A DNA stretch of 62,097 bases from an uncultured Wohlfahrtiimonas sp. (GCA_947631095.1 CANRJX010000001.1:1-62097); one strand, 5' to 3'. Counted from the stretch's first letter, positions 18,184 to 27,254 are shown. Translations and numbers: made by a program. The notes: generated by a model not told the origin, from the letters alone.

Positions 18184-19989
18184 ATGAAAAGATTAATTTT
18201 TTGTTTTTTATTATCAATCAGCATTAATCTTTCTTTTGGGCAGACAAAAATGTCTCCAGAATTAGATCAATTCATAGTCTTAAGTCCCAAAACTGAGCAA
18301 AATTTCGTTAATAATTTATATAGTGGTTGGATGGGCATTAATCATTTTGGTGATGATTGGCTTACTATTGCTCAAGAGGTGTTTCAAAATAATGATCAAT
18401 TACTTAATCAGCAAATCTATGATGGTAAACTTGCGAATAACTTCTATACAGACCGTTTAACTTGGGCTTTTGATCTGCCTAAAAATATTGATATTTTTGA
18501 TAATATCACTGAGCCTCACAGCAAATTATTGTCGTTATCAGATTATTTGGCTGGTAATCAGCAATTATTAGAATTCATCCCAGTGCCTGTTGTTGATAGC
18601 AAGTACTTAAATACGAGGGATTACTTTGCATGCCGCATATATTTAAAACATGATTGTTTAGCTGAGATTAAAAAAGATGAATCTTATATCCGTACAGTGA
18701 TTTTGACGAACCAAAAACTACTAACGCGCTTTCGTGAATTAATTGAGCAGTCTGAGTTTAATTATGCTTTGTTGTATAACGATTTTAATACAGCACGCAC
18801 AATTAAAGCGGGTTTGAATATGACTCAGCTGTATCAATTGAATTTATCAGATGCTGTTTTAGATATTATGAATCAACAGGTCGATGAAGGCTTAGATAAA
18901 TTGCTCTTAGCAAGACAATTGATTGATCTGAATTTTAGAGAGCAGTCTATGCCATTGATGAATAATATCGTGATTTATATTTCATATACTCAATATCTAG
19001 ATCAAACGATGAATGCTTTATTAAGTTCAGGACTATTGAGCCAATATTTAGATGATCAACGTTTGGAAATGATTTTAAAGCCATATCCAGCAGATATCGG
19101 CCAAAAATTAAATGCATCGATTATAAATGAGTTAAAACATATATTTAGAAGCATTATTTATCCTTTTGTACGAATCTATATCGATGCACCGCAAGATAGA
19201 CAATTTAGTGAGGAAAATGAGTATATTATCCTTTCATATTTTCAAGAAAAAACGATCATGATCCCTATTCATTTGTTATACCGTTTAGAGATATTAGAAG
19301 CTAAAAGACAGAATGAAAGTTGGTTAAAAGTACAAAGTCTGAATCAGTTGCGAGATAAATCCTCTCAAAATATTGGCAGAAAAAATAATATTTTTGCAAA
19401 CTCGAAGCTGAAATCAGATGAAATGTCAGTGACTGCTAAAATTAATTTACAAGAATGGTATACAGATTTTTTTCATCAGTTAGATATGTCGCCAGAAGAG
19501 GCATTTGCTTATTTAAATACCAAATATCCATCAGTAAAGTTTTATAATGAATATTACAAGCTTTTAGAAAAATTAACACTAATGAACATGAGCAAAGAAA
19601 ACGTTCATTTTACATCACAGGTTTTAGATACTGTTTTAAAAGATGAGGTATCACCAACTTATCAGCCATATGCTCGTACAATTGTTTCTTACTCGGATTT
19701 TGGGACTTATTGGATGCGATTATATGAACAGCAAAATTATCATCGTTTAGTGTATTTGAAATATTTAATTATACGAAATAATGTTTCTTCAAAAGATATT
19801 GATCAGTTTTTAAAATCTAAAAATGAGTTAGCAAGAAATACAATTACTGATCAACCCTATGAATATGATGGAAAAAATAAAATTTTATCAACACCATTGC
19901 CGATCGATAATAAATATTTGCCGGTAAATATTAAACAAGCTAAATTTGATAATCGATCAATCAAAAATTTTCAGGTTGATATTCCATAA
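18184..19989 (+). CDS. Secreted hypothetical protein, paralog 2 (601 aa)
   Basis: Long ORF, signal peptide ending SFG; shares SPELD, QLNLSDA, LDQTMN, YEQQNYH.LVYLKYLI and KILSTP with paralog 1. Confidence 0.85.
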   Translation: MKRLIFCFLLSISINLSFGQTKMSPELDQFIVLSPKTEQNFVNNLYSGWMGINHFGDDWLTIAQEVFQNNDQLLNQQIYDGKLANNFYTDRLTWAFDLPKNIDIFDNITEPHSKLLSLSDYLAGNQQLLEFIPVPVVDSKYLNTRDYFACRIYLKHDCLAEIKKDESYIRTVILTNQKLLTRFRELIEQSEFNYALLYNDFNTARTIKAGLNMTQLYQLNLSDAVLDIMNQQVDEGLDKLLLARQLIDLNFREQSMPLMNNIVIYISYTQYLDQTMNALLSSGLLSQYLDDQRLEMILKPYPADIGQKLNASIINELKHIFRSIIYPFVRIYIDAPQDRQFSEENEYIILSYFQEKTIMIPIHLLYRLEILEAKRQNESWLKVQSLNQLRDKSSQNIGRKNNIFANSKLKSDEMSVTAKINLQEWYTDFFHQLDMSPEEAFAYLNTKYPSVKFYNEYYKLLEKLTLMNMSKENVHFTSQVLDTVLKDEVSPTYQPYARTIVSYSDFGTYWMRLYEQQNYHRLVYLKYLIIRNNVSSKDIDQFLKSKNELARNTITDQPYEYDGKNKILSTPLPIDNKYLPVNIKQAKFDNRSIKNFQVDIP

Positions 19990-20018
19990 AAATAGCCCTC
20001 AATAATGAGGGCTATTTT
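19989..20018. terminator. Bidirectional terminator
   Basis: AAAATAGCCCTCA-ataa-TGAGGGCTATTTT between convergent genes. Confidence 0.85.
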
Positions 20019-20020
20019 AT

Positions 20021-20998
20021 TTACATCGTGACGACTAATCTGCCTCTAATTTTACCTTGAATAATGTGATTCGCATTTTCGATGGTATCTTCTAGTTTGA
20101 TTTCTGAACGGATTGTGGCTAATACACTAGGATCAATCAACTCTGCTAAACGATTCCAAGCATCTATACGATCCGGCAGTGGGCGCATGACACTATCAAT
20201 ACCACGTAATGTTACATTGCGCAAAATGAATGGCATGACGGTACCATCAAAGTCAAAACCTTGTGCTAATCCACATGCGGCAACACAGCCACCATATTGA
20301 GTAGAAGCCAATACATTGACTAAAGTATTGCTACCTACTGAGTCAACAGCACCAATCCAACGCATTTTTTGTAATGGTTTACCTTTTCCAGATAATTCAT
20401 GTCGATCAATGATTTCTTTGGCGCCTAATTTATACAGATATTCATAATCACTGGTTTTCCCTGTAGATGCGATGACGTTATATCCAAGTTTTGCTAATAA
20501 AAATACTGCAAAGCTTCCCACACCACCTGTTGCTCCAGTCACTAGAATGCTACCTGATTCAGGTGTTAATCCATGTTGTTCTAGTGCAATGATTGAAAGC
20601 ATTGCAGTATAGCCTGCTGTGCCAATAGTCATGGCGTCAATGGGTGAAATATTTGGAGGTAATTGTATTAGCCATTCAGATTTCAGAGATGCTTTTTCTG
20701 CTAATCCACCAGAATGTGTTTCGCCGACACCAAAGCCATTTAATATCACTGTATCTCCTATTCTAAAGCGATTGGATTGGCTATCAGTCACTTTGCCCAC
20801 AAGATCAATGCCCGGAGTTAGTGGGAATTCACGAACAACAGGGCTTAAATTAGTCATTGCTAATGCATCTTTATAGTTAATTGTAGATGTAATCACGTCA
20901 ACTTTAACATCCCCTTCAGGAAGTTGATCTTCGGATAAGTTTGTTAAACTCACAGTATATTCAGGAGTTTTATCAATTAAAATCGCTTTATATGACAT
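20021..20998 (-). CDS. acuI: Acrylyl-CoA reductase AcuI/YhdH family (MDR) oxidoreductase
   Basis: STINYKDALA, PGIDLVG, IGTAGYTAML, VTGATGGVGS, MPFILRNVTLRGIDSV; start at 20998 with GAGG RBS. Confidence 0.88.
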   Translation of the reverse strand: MSYKAILIDKTPEYTVSLTNLSEDQLPEGDVKVDVITSTINYKDALAMTNLSPVVREFPLTPGIDLVGKVTDSQSNRFRIGDTVILNGFGVGETHSGGLAEKASLKSEWLIQLPPNISPIDAMTIGTAGYTAMLSIIALEQHGLTPESGSILVTGATGGVGSFAVFLLAKLGYNVIASTGKTSDYEYLYKLGAKEIIDRHELSGKGKPLQKMRWIGAVDSVGSNTLVNVLASTQYGGCVAACGLAQGFDFDGTVMPFILRNVTLRGIDSVMRPLPDRIDAWNRLAELIDPSVLATIRSEIKLEDTIENANHIIQGKIRGRLVVTM

Positions 20999-21185
20999 AT
21001 TAGACCTCAAGTTATCACTTATAATAGATGATTCAGAAATTGATAATAACAGTTTATGCAAACTCATAGATTATAAAACTAGAGGTTTTAAAATTATTCA
21101 TTTGAATACTTTATGTGATGAGTTTGATTTTCTTTTTTCTGTTATTTAAATGTTAGTTTTACTGCTTTTTTATCGGAAGTGATCT

Positions 21186-21872
21186 ATGTTAAAAGTACAC
21201 TTATTAAAAATTTTTATATTAACGATATGCCTAGTATCTATTCAAATTGTATCAGCTGAGCCTGTTTGTAAAAAAGATCCGACTTTTAATATGACTGCAT
21301 TTGCCAATTTTGTTGAAATTAAGGAAGGGAAAAAACGTTTTATTTTACATCAAACAGGTGATGTAAGCCTTAATGGCGCTAAATTTACATTATCGAATGA
21401 AGAGAAGAAACGAATACATGATTTGGTTATATTTATTTTGAAACAATTACCACAGCGTGAAAAAGAAGCAAATAATTTGATGGATTCATTACACGCTCAA
21501 TTTATTTCTGTTGTAAATCAGCGATTAGATGCAAATCAGCAGCTGATAACAATGCTAAATAATACGCATATTGATGCAAAGCGAACTTTAGGAAAAGCAA
21601 TTCATACGGATGGAAAAATTACAGAATTTTCTGCAAATGATTTTCATAAAATTATTGATCGTGCATCGAGTGATTTTAAATTAGAGTTTGCAAAAATTGT
21701 TTCTAAAAGCATATTTACTTTTAATATTGGGCGAAATTATAAAGATATTAAATATTTAGGTGAACAAGAATGGAAAAAGCGTAAGCCAGAAGCTAAAGAA
21801 TTTCATAAAGCATTATGTCGTGACCTTGAGTGGATTACTGCGCAAAAGGAACAGTTGCTTGATGCGCTATGA
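21186..21872 (+). CDS. YggN/DUF2884-like periplasmic protein
   Basis: Signal peptide, early Cys, GDVSLNG, and a C-terminal EWKKRKPEAKEFHKALC resembling YggN EWKKQEKDFQQFGKDVC. Confidence 0.65.
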   Translation: MLKVHLLKIFILTICLVSIQIVSAEPVCKKDPTFNMTAFANFVEIKEGKKRFILHQTGDVSLNGAKFTLSNEEKKRIHDLVIFILKQLPQREKEANNLMDSLHAQFISVVNQRLDANQQLITMLNNTHIDAKRTLGKAIHTDGKITEFSANDFHKIIDRASSDFKLEFAKIVSKSIFTFNIGRNYKDIKYLGEQEWKKRKPEAKEFHKALCRDLEWITAQKEQLLDAL

Positions 21873-21874
21873 GT

Positions 21875-21905
21875 AAAAAAATAGCCTATCTAGGGATAGG
21901 CTATT
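21875..21905. terminator. Terminator between convergent yggN-like gene and rppH
   Basis: AATAGCCTATC...GATAGGCTATT with A run on the left (U tract on minus strand). Confidence 0.8.
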
Positions 21906-21920
21906 GAGTATTTTAGAAAA

Positions 21921-22496
21921 TTAGTTTCTACTTCTCATTCTATATAAAGAGCGTCTAACTCTAGGCTTTGGGCGAAAATCCCCTTGTTTTTCTGATAATG
22001 GCTTTTCAGGAATAACACTGCCTTTGAAAAGAATGGGTGCTAATTCTACCAATGCACGATTATAAACTTTACGTTTGAAGTAAATTACTTCATCTATAGG
22101 TTGCCAATAATCTACCCATTTCCAGTAATCAAATTCTGGTGTATCAAAACACGTTAAATTGATTGCTTTATCTTCCGAGACTAACTCTAAAAGAAACCAA
22201 ATTTGCTTTTGCCCGATGCAACGAGGCGTATTGTTTCTACGAATCAATCTTTGTGGTAAACGGTACCTTAACCAGCTTTTAGTTTTTCCTAAAATTTTTA
22301 CATCATCAGAAGATAGTCCAACTTCTTCCTTCAATTCTCGATACATTGCCTCTTCAGGTGTTTCGCCATCATCGATGCCACCTTGAGGAAATTGCCACGA
22401 ATCTAAATGCCCTATTCTATGACCCCAAAAAAGTTTCTTGTCCCGATTACACAAAATGATTCCAACATTCGAGCGATAGCCGTCATTGTCAATCAT
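21921..22496 (-). CDS. rppH: RNA pyrophosphohydrolase
   Basis: [14 protein letters not shown], Nudix box [39 protein letters not shown]. Confidence 0.97.
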   Translation of the reverse strand: MIDNDGYRSNVGIILCNRDKKLFWGHRIGHLDSWQFPQGGIDDGETPEEAMYRELKEEVGLSSDDVKILGKTKSWLRYRLPQRLIRRNNTPRCIGQKQIWFLLELVSEDKAINLTCFDTPEFDYWKWVDYWQPIDEVIYFKRKVYNRALVELAPILFKGSVIPEKPLSEKQGDFRPKPRVRRSLYRMRSRN

Positions 22497-22558
22497 ACTG
22501 TAAACCTTGAATAAAATTAATGCCTCTATTGTTCCACAAAGGCATAGTAAAACCAAGC

Positions 22559-23302
22559 TTATTTGATGAAATCAGAACGATATTTTTTGACCCATTGTAA
22601 TGTTCCACCACAAACAGAGGCCGGCATTATGAATAGATTTACGATAGGAATCATTGTAAAAATGTTAATACAAGATCCAAAAATTAAATTATTAAAACGA
22701 TCTTTTTTAAGGCGATTTTTCATTGCAGGAAAACTAATTCTATTGTTATCAAATGCATAATCATTATATTGGAGAGACATCATCCAAGCATTGAATAGGA
22801 ATAGTAAAATAGGCGCTACGATTTGACCAATAATAGGTACGAAAAAAAGTAATAAAATACCAATTAAGCGTGGAATATAATAAGCTAAATTTTGAAACTC
22901 TCGTTGAAAGCTTCTTACAAAATCTTTAGCCAATGTCTCCCAAGAATCATCATCTGGTGTTGTATTGGTTAAAATACTTTCAAGTTTTGAAGAAAGCATA
23001 CCATTGAATGGTGCCGCAATAATATTTGCCAGTGTTGTGAAAAAATAGCCAAAGAACACTAAGGTGCTGATGAAGATTAATGGCCACATTAGATAAGTGA
23101 GCCAATGTAACCATGATGGTAAATAGCTGAGCGTCCAATTAATTACATCATTGATTTGTTGGTAAATATAGTAAAAGGCAGTACCGATAATTAAAAAATT
23201 AATCAGTAGTGGCATAAGAATAAATCGTTTCACACCAGGCTGAAGCATTAGTCGCCAGCCTTGGATAAAATAATATAGCCCGTTTGATTGAGTCGAAGTC
23301 AT
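22559..23302 (-). CDS. cysZ: Sulfate transporter CysZ (EI24 domain)
   Basis: [44 protein letters not shown]. Confidence 0.9.
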   Translation of the reverse strand: MTSTQSNGLYYFIQGWRLMLQPGVKRFILMPLLINFLIIGTAFYYIYQQINDVINWTLSYLPSWLHWLTYLMWPLIFISTLVFFGYFFTTLANIIAAPFNGMLSSKLESILTNTTPDDDSWETLAKDFVRSFQREFQNLAYYIPRLIGILLLFFVPIIGQIVAPILLFLFNAWMMSLQYNDYAFDNNRISFPAMKNRLKKDRFNNLIFGSCINIFTMIPIVNLFIMPASVCGGTLQWVKKYRSDFIK

Positions 23303-23341
23303 TTGAGAACCTATAGTTGTATAACCAATAAATTAAAGTAC

Positions 23342-23366
23342 AAAAAAGGGCACAAACAGTGTGCCC
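23342..23366 (-). terminator. Terminator of mipA-like gene
   Basis: Minus strand GGGCACA-ctgtt-TGTGCCC-TTTTTT. Confidence 0.8.
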
Positions 23367-23399
23367 ATAAAGCTTAGGTAGCTATTATAAATAAAATTT

Positions 23400-24146
23400 T
23401 TAGAAATCGTAATTAATACCTACTGCAAAACTTGATGTTGTAGAGCGAGTTGTCATTGGGCTATTTTTGACTTCGCTCGGTAGAATTTTAATTTGCGCAC
23501 CGCCAAAAACGTTAAGATTTTCGGTTGCATTGATGATTGTGCCGACACCGATATAAGGCGTAAAACTACTATCAGGATTGTATGCTGAAACGCCTGTTTT
23601 ATCTGATTCATAACGTGAAACACCATAATAATAATCATTATGATCTTTGCTAGACCAGATACCACCAATTTTTGGAATAACCTTAAAGTGATCATTAACT
23701 TGATGTACGAAACCAGCACCAACATCAATATTAACGCCATCGCTACGTCCTAGTATATCTGCATTCATGTCTGTGGTAACAAAGGCTTGATTAGGAAAAT
23801 AGTGCTGGAATCCTAGACCAAACTCAATGGTTGATTTACGGCGATTAAGTTCTCTCAACGCGCCTACTGAGTCACTTGGTTTGAAACTTAGCGATTGATA
23901 GCGAAGATGAGCATCTACTTTAGTTGTTGGTGTATTGAATAAATACAGTCCTGCTTTGAGCCCTTTAATAAAGAAATTACTATTTTGGTATTCAAAATGT
24001 GGTACTGCGACCCAGTCAGACTTATCACCTATATAAGGTTTTTGTTGGTAGGCAAGCCCAATTCCAAGGCTATATGATTCTTGTGCATTAATAACTGTAG
24101 ATACAGGTAAGGCAAGTAGAATAGAAGCCAAAACATATTTTTTCAT
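23400..24146 (-). CDS. mipA: MipA/OmpV family outer membrane protein
   Basis: Signal peptide, PYIG, NDYYYGVS, VKNSPM, C-terminal YDF. Confidence 0.88.
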   Translation of the reverse strand: MKKYVLASILLALPVSTVINAQESYSLGIGLAYQQKPYIGDKSDWVAVPHFEYQNSNFFIKGLKAGLYLFNTPTTKVDAHLRYQSLSFKPSDSVGALRELNRRKSTIEFGLGFQHYFPNQAFVTTDMNADILGRSDGVNIDVGAGFVHQVNDHFKVIPKIGGIWSSKDHNDYYYGVSRYESDKTGVSAYNPDSSFTPYIGVGTIINATENLNVFGGAQIKILPSEVKNSPMTTRSTTSSFAVGINYDF

Positions 24147-24221
24147 AACATTACTCTTTCTATGATTAATTAGATTTGCTTGGGGCAATTGTATCGTAAT
24201 TTGAATTAATCGTTGTATTGA

Positions 24222-24779
24222 TTATGTATTTTTGTATTTAAAACAATTACTGACGTGATCATTGACCATTCCTGCAGCCTGCATAAAAGCATAAATTGTG
24301 ACGCTGCCTACAAATTTAAAGCCTAATTTTTTTAAATCTTTGCTGATTTGATCAGATATAGGCGTTGTAACAGGTACGTCTTGTAGTGATTGATAGCCAT
24401 TCATTACGGGTTGATGATTGACATATTTCCATAGCCAATCAGAAAAACTGTTATTCTTTTTCAGCTCAAGATAGCATTGTGCATTATGAATAATTGCTCT
24501 CATTTTGAGCTTGTTTTTAATTAACTCTGGATGAGTCATTAGTTCTTCATACTTTGATTCATCATAGAGTGCGATTTTTTCAGGATTAAAATTGTTTAAT
24601 GCCTTACGATAAGCTTCGCGTTTTCTTAATACTGTAATCCAAGATAATCCTGCTTGTAGTGTTTCTAGAATAAATAATTCAAAGAGTGCTTGGTCATCAT
24701 ATATGGGTTCTCCCCACTCATTATCATGATAATCTTGGTAGATTTGCTCATGATTACACCATCCACAGCGTTCAGTCAT
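24222..24779 (-). CDS. tag: DNA-3-methyladenine glycosylase I
   Basis: RCGW, YHDNEWG, QAGLSWITVL, GFKFVG, GMVNDH...C. Confidence 0.96.
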   Translation of the reverse strand: MTERCGWCNHEQIYQDYHDNEWGEPIYDDQALFELFILETLQAGLSWITVLRKREAYRKALNNFNPEKIALYDESKYEELMTHPELIKNKLKMRAIIHNAQCYLELKKNNSFSDWLWKYVNHQPVMNGYQSLQDVPVTTPISDQISKDLKKLGFKFVGSVTIYAFMQAAGMVNDHVSNCFKYKNT

Positions 24780-24900
24780 AATAAAATACTCATTTAAAAA
24801 ATCTTACTCTAAAACAAAAATGTATTGATATACATAAAAAATTATAATATACAATACATGCATGTTATATATTAAATTATGAATAGTGAGGATAAACTAG

Positions 24901-25722
24901 GTGAAAAAATATTTATATTCAGTAATGGCATTAGTCATTGCTACGATAATTACTGCTTGTGGTCAACAAAGTACAACAGATGCAGTGGAAAAAAAAGTAC
25001 TTAAAGTTGGAATGCCACCAAGTGCACACAATATTTTGGTAGAAAAAATTGTAAAACCTCAATTAGAAAAAGAGGGTTATACCGTTGAATTATTAAATTT
25101 TAGTACGTTGCGTGATGCCAATGGTGCCTTGGTGGATGGTGGGATTGATTTTCATACAGCTCAGCATCAAGCTTATTTAAATGTTTATAATCGTGAAACT
25201 GGTAATGATTTAGTATCATTGGTGCATACACCATCAATTCCAGCTTTTATCTATTCAATTAAACAAGCGACTTTGGATAATGTTAAAGATAAAGATGTCG
25301 TATTAATCCCAAATGATCCATCAAATGCTGCGCGTGCTTATGCGTTATTGGCAAAGATTGGTTGGATTAATATCAATCCTGACTCGGAATTAGCGGTTTT
25401 AACTCAGAAAGATATCCTTGATAATCCGTACAATTTAGAATTTAAAGAAGTTGATTCTGCATTAATTCCAAGATTATTGGAAGAGATTGATTATGGGATT
25501 ATGCCTGGCGGTGTTGCTTTGTTGGCAGGTATTGGCTCTGAATATGCATTAGCTTATGAAACGTTTTTGCCTGATTTAGAGTTGCTAGTAACGGTGAAAA
25601 GGGAAGATGTGAATACCGCATGGGCTAAGGATGTTAAAGAATCTTTTCAGTCTGAACAGCTAAGAGATTTTATTGAAAATGATCCTGAAATTAAAGGGCG
25701 TTTTATCTGGCCCGAAGGCTAG
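24901..25722 (+). CDS. MetQ/NlpA family ABC substrate-binding lipoprotein
   Basis: Lipobox ITAC, QHQAYL, IPNDPSNAARA, DILDNPYNLEFKE; GTG start. Confidence 0.88.
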   Translation: MKKYLYSVMALVIATIITACGQQSTTDAVEKKVLKVGMPPSAHNILVEKIVKPQLEKEGYTVELLNFSTLRDANGALVDGGIDFHTAQHQAYLNVYNRETGNDLVSLVHTPSIPAFIYSIKQATLDNVKDKDVVLIPNDPSNAARAYALLAKIGWININPDSELAVLTQKDILDNPYNLEFKEVDSALIPRLLEEIDYGIMPGGVALLAGIGSEYALAYETFLPDLELLVTVKREDVNTAWAKDVKESFQSEQLRDFIENDPEIKGRFIWPEG

Positions 25723-25732
25723 TTGTAAAAAA

Positions 25733-25766
25733 ATAAAAAAAATCGCCATTTGGCGATTTTTTTTAT
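25733..25766. terminator. Bidirectional terminator metQ-like/bfr
   Basis: A8-TCGCCA-tt-TGGCGA-T8. Confidence 0.85.
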
Positions 25767-25774
25767 GATGCAAT

Positions 25775-26239
25775 TTATATAATTGATTGATGATACTTTT
25801 CAGAACCTAGCTCTGCTAAGAGTTCTTGTTGAGTCTCTAGATAATCAATATATTCTTCGCTTTCTTCTAATAGATGAGTCAGAAGATCACGAGAAACAAA
25901 GTCTTCTTTTTCTTCACATAATTGGATCGCGGTAATCAATGTAGAGCGCTTATTATATTCGCAGGTTAAGTCACTATTGAGTACTTCAGGCACATCTTCG
26001 CCGATTAATATTTTTCCTAAGTCTTGCAAATTAGGTAAGCCTTCTAGCAATAAGATACGCTCGATCAAATCATCTGACTCTTTCATATCTTCAATTGATT
26101 TTTTATAAATGGTTTTACCTAATGATTCAAAACCCCAATTTTTTAAAATGCGGCCATGTAAAAAATATTGATTAATTGAAATAAGATATTGTCCTAAGAC
26201 TTTATTTAGTTGTTGAATAACAACGCGATCAACTTTCAT
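25775..26239 (-). CDS. bfr: Bacterioferritin, heme-binding subunit (BfrB type, degenerate ferroxidase centre)
   Basis: INQYFLH..LKNWG, LEGLPNLQDLGK; Met52 retained; E18/E51/H54/E127/H130 replaced. Confidence 0.92.
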   Translation of the reverse strand: MKVDRVVIQQLNKVLGQYLISINQYFLHGRILKNWGFESLGKTIYKKSIEDMKESDDLIERILLLEGLPNLQDLGKILIGEDVPEVLNSDLTCEYNKRSTLITAIQLCEEKEDFVSRDLLTHLLEESEEYIDYLETQQELLAELGSEKYHQSII

Positions 26240-26249
26240 ATAATTTCTC

Positions 26250-26720
26250 CTAGCCGTTTAATTGGTCTTGAAGATAATTTGGTAATGAAATTGCATTAAT
26301 TAAACGCAATTGTTTTTCTAACCAATGGGCATGATCTTCTTCAGTGTCTTTAAGTTGAACAACTAACATGTCTCTTGTGACATAATCTTGTTCTTCTTCG
26401 CATAATTTGATGCCTTTTTTCAATGCATCGCGAACGCTAAGTTCTAAACGTAAATCACTTTCTAGCATAGCAATAACATCTGTGCCGATATCTAATTTGT
26501 CTGGCACCATATTAGGAGTTGCTTCTAGGAGTAATAAGCGAGAGATGATTAATTGCGCATGCTCTGTCTCATCTTCCATTTCATGATGAATGCGTTCATA
26601 AAGTTTTTTATATCCCCACTCTTCATACATAGACGCGTGAATAAAGTATTGATCACGTGCGGCTAGTTCACCTGCTAGTAATACGTTTAGGTAATCGATA
26701 ACTTTTTGACTTCCTTTCAT
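26250..26720 (-). CDS. bfr: Bacterioferritin, ferroxidase subunit (BfrA type)
   Basis: [19 protein letters not shown] (Thr at the Met52 position), [11 protein letters not shown]. Confidence 0.93.
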   Translation of the reverse strand: MKGSQKVIDYLNVLLAGELAARDQYFIHASMYEEWGYKKLYERIHHEMEDETEHAQLIISRLLLLEATPNMVPDKLDIGTDVIAMLESDLRLELSVRDALKKGIKLCEEEQDYVTRDMLVVQLKDTEEDHAHWLEKQLRLINAISLPNYLQDQLNG

Positions 26721-26814
26721 GATCTTCTCCTTGTTATATGAAACAGTAATAATTGATAAAAATCATTATACATAAAAATTTATAAAAAATGATTTTTAAT
26801 TTAATTAAGTTATT

Positions 26815-26833
26815 GATAATAATAATATTAATC
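26815..26833. promoter_or_regulatory. Putative Fur box upstream of the bfr operon
   Basis: GATAATAATAATATTAATC matches 15/19 of GATAATGATAATCATTATC; the AT-rich background weakens this. Confidence 0.5.
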
Positions 26834-26918
26834 AAATGCAGCTATGTGTTATTTGATAATCAGAGACAAATATTTAAAAGAGAATATACAAATGATTTCT
26901 ATTCAGTAAATTTTAGGC

Positions 26919-27001
26919 AAAAAAAAGCCGAAAACTGAATTTCGGCAAAATAACCACCAAAGGAGGATATGGAGGAGAACATCTAAAAATATCTAGATGT
27001 T
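26919..27001 (-). ncRNA. Putative trans-acting sRNA with tandem anti-SD (CUCCUCC) motifs
   Basis: 5' hairpin AACATCTA/TAGATGTT, core CTCCTCCATATCCTCCTTTGGTGG, terminator GCCGAAA/TTTCGGC plus U8; no ORF; dedicated promoter. Confidence 0.8.
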
Positions 27002-27008
27002 GGATGAT

Positions 27009-27036
27009 ATAATACCATAAAGTTTGATCATGTCAA
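27009..27036 (-). promoter_or_regulatory. Sigma70 promoter of the sRNA
   Basis: Minus strand TTGACA (27036-27031), 16 nt spacer, extended -10 TGgTATTAT (27017-27009). Confidence 0.75.
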
Positions 27037-27254
27037 TTTTTAATTCATTATTTCTGCTTTTTTACCAATCTCATAAAAATATTTAAGGCTGATATTTGTT
27101 ATAAAGCACCATTTTTATATTTAAATATATGATAAATATCGTATTTAAATTTCACAGGATAAAATTGACTATATTTTTGTATTTGAAATGTAGTCAATTT
27201 TGAGCGAGTATGATTAAAAATGTATTATTTGTTATCAATGTCAAAGATTTTCAT

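Noticed and set aside
26959-26979. Plus-strand AGGAGG/GGAGGAG runs as an RBS for a small ORF or as a CsrA-sponge RNA
   Set aside because: The promoter and U-tract terminator are both oriented on the minus strand; I found no matching plus-strand promoter/terminator pair, and the GGA motifs are not in hairpin loops.
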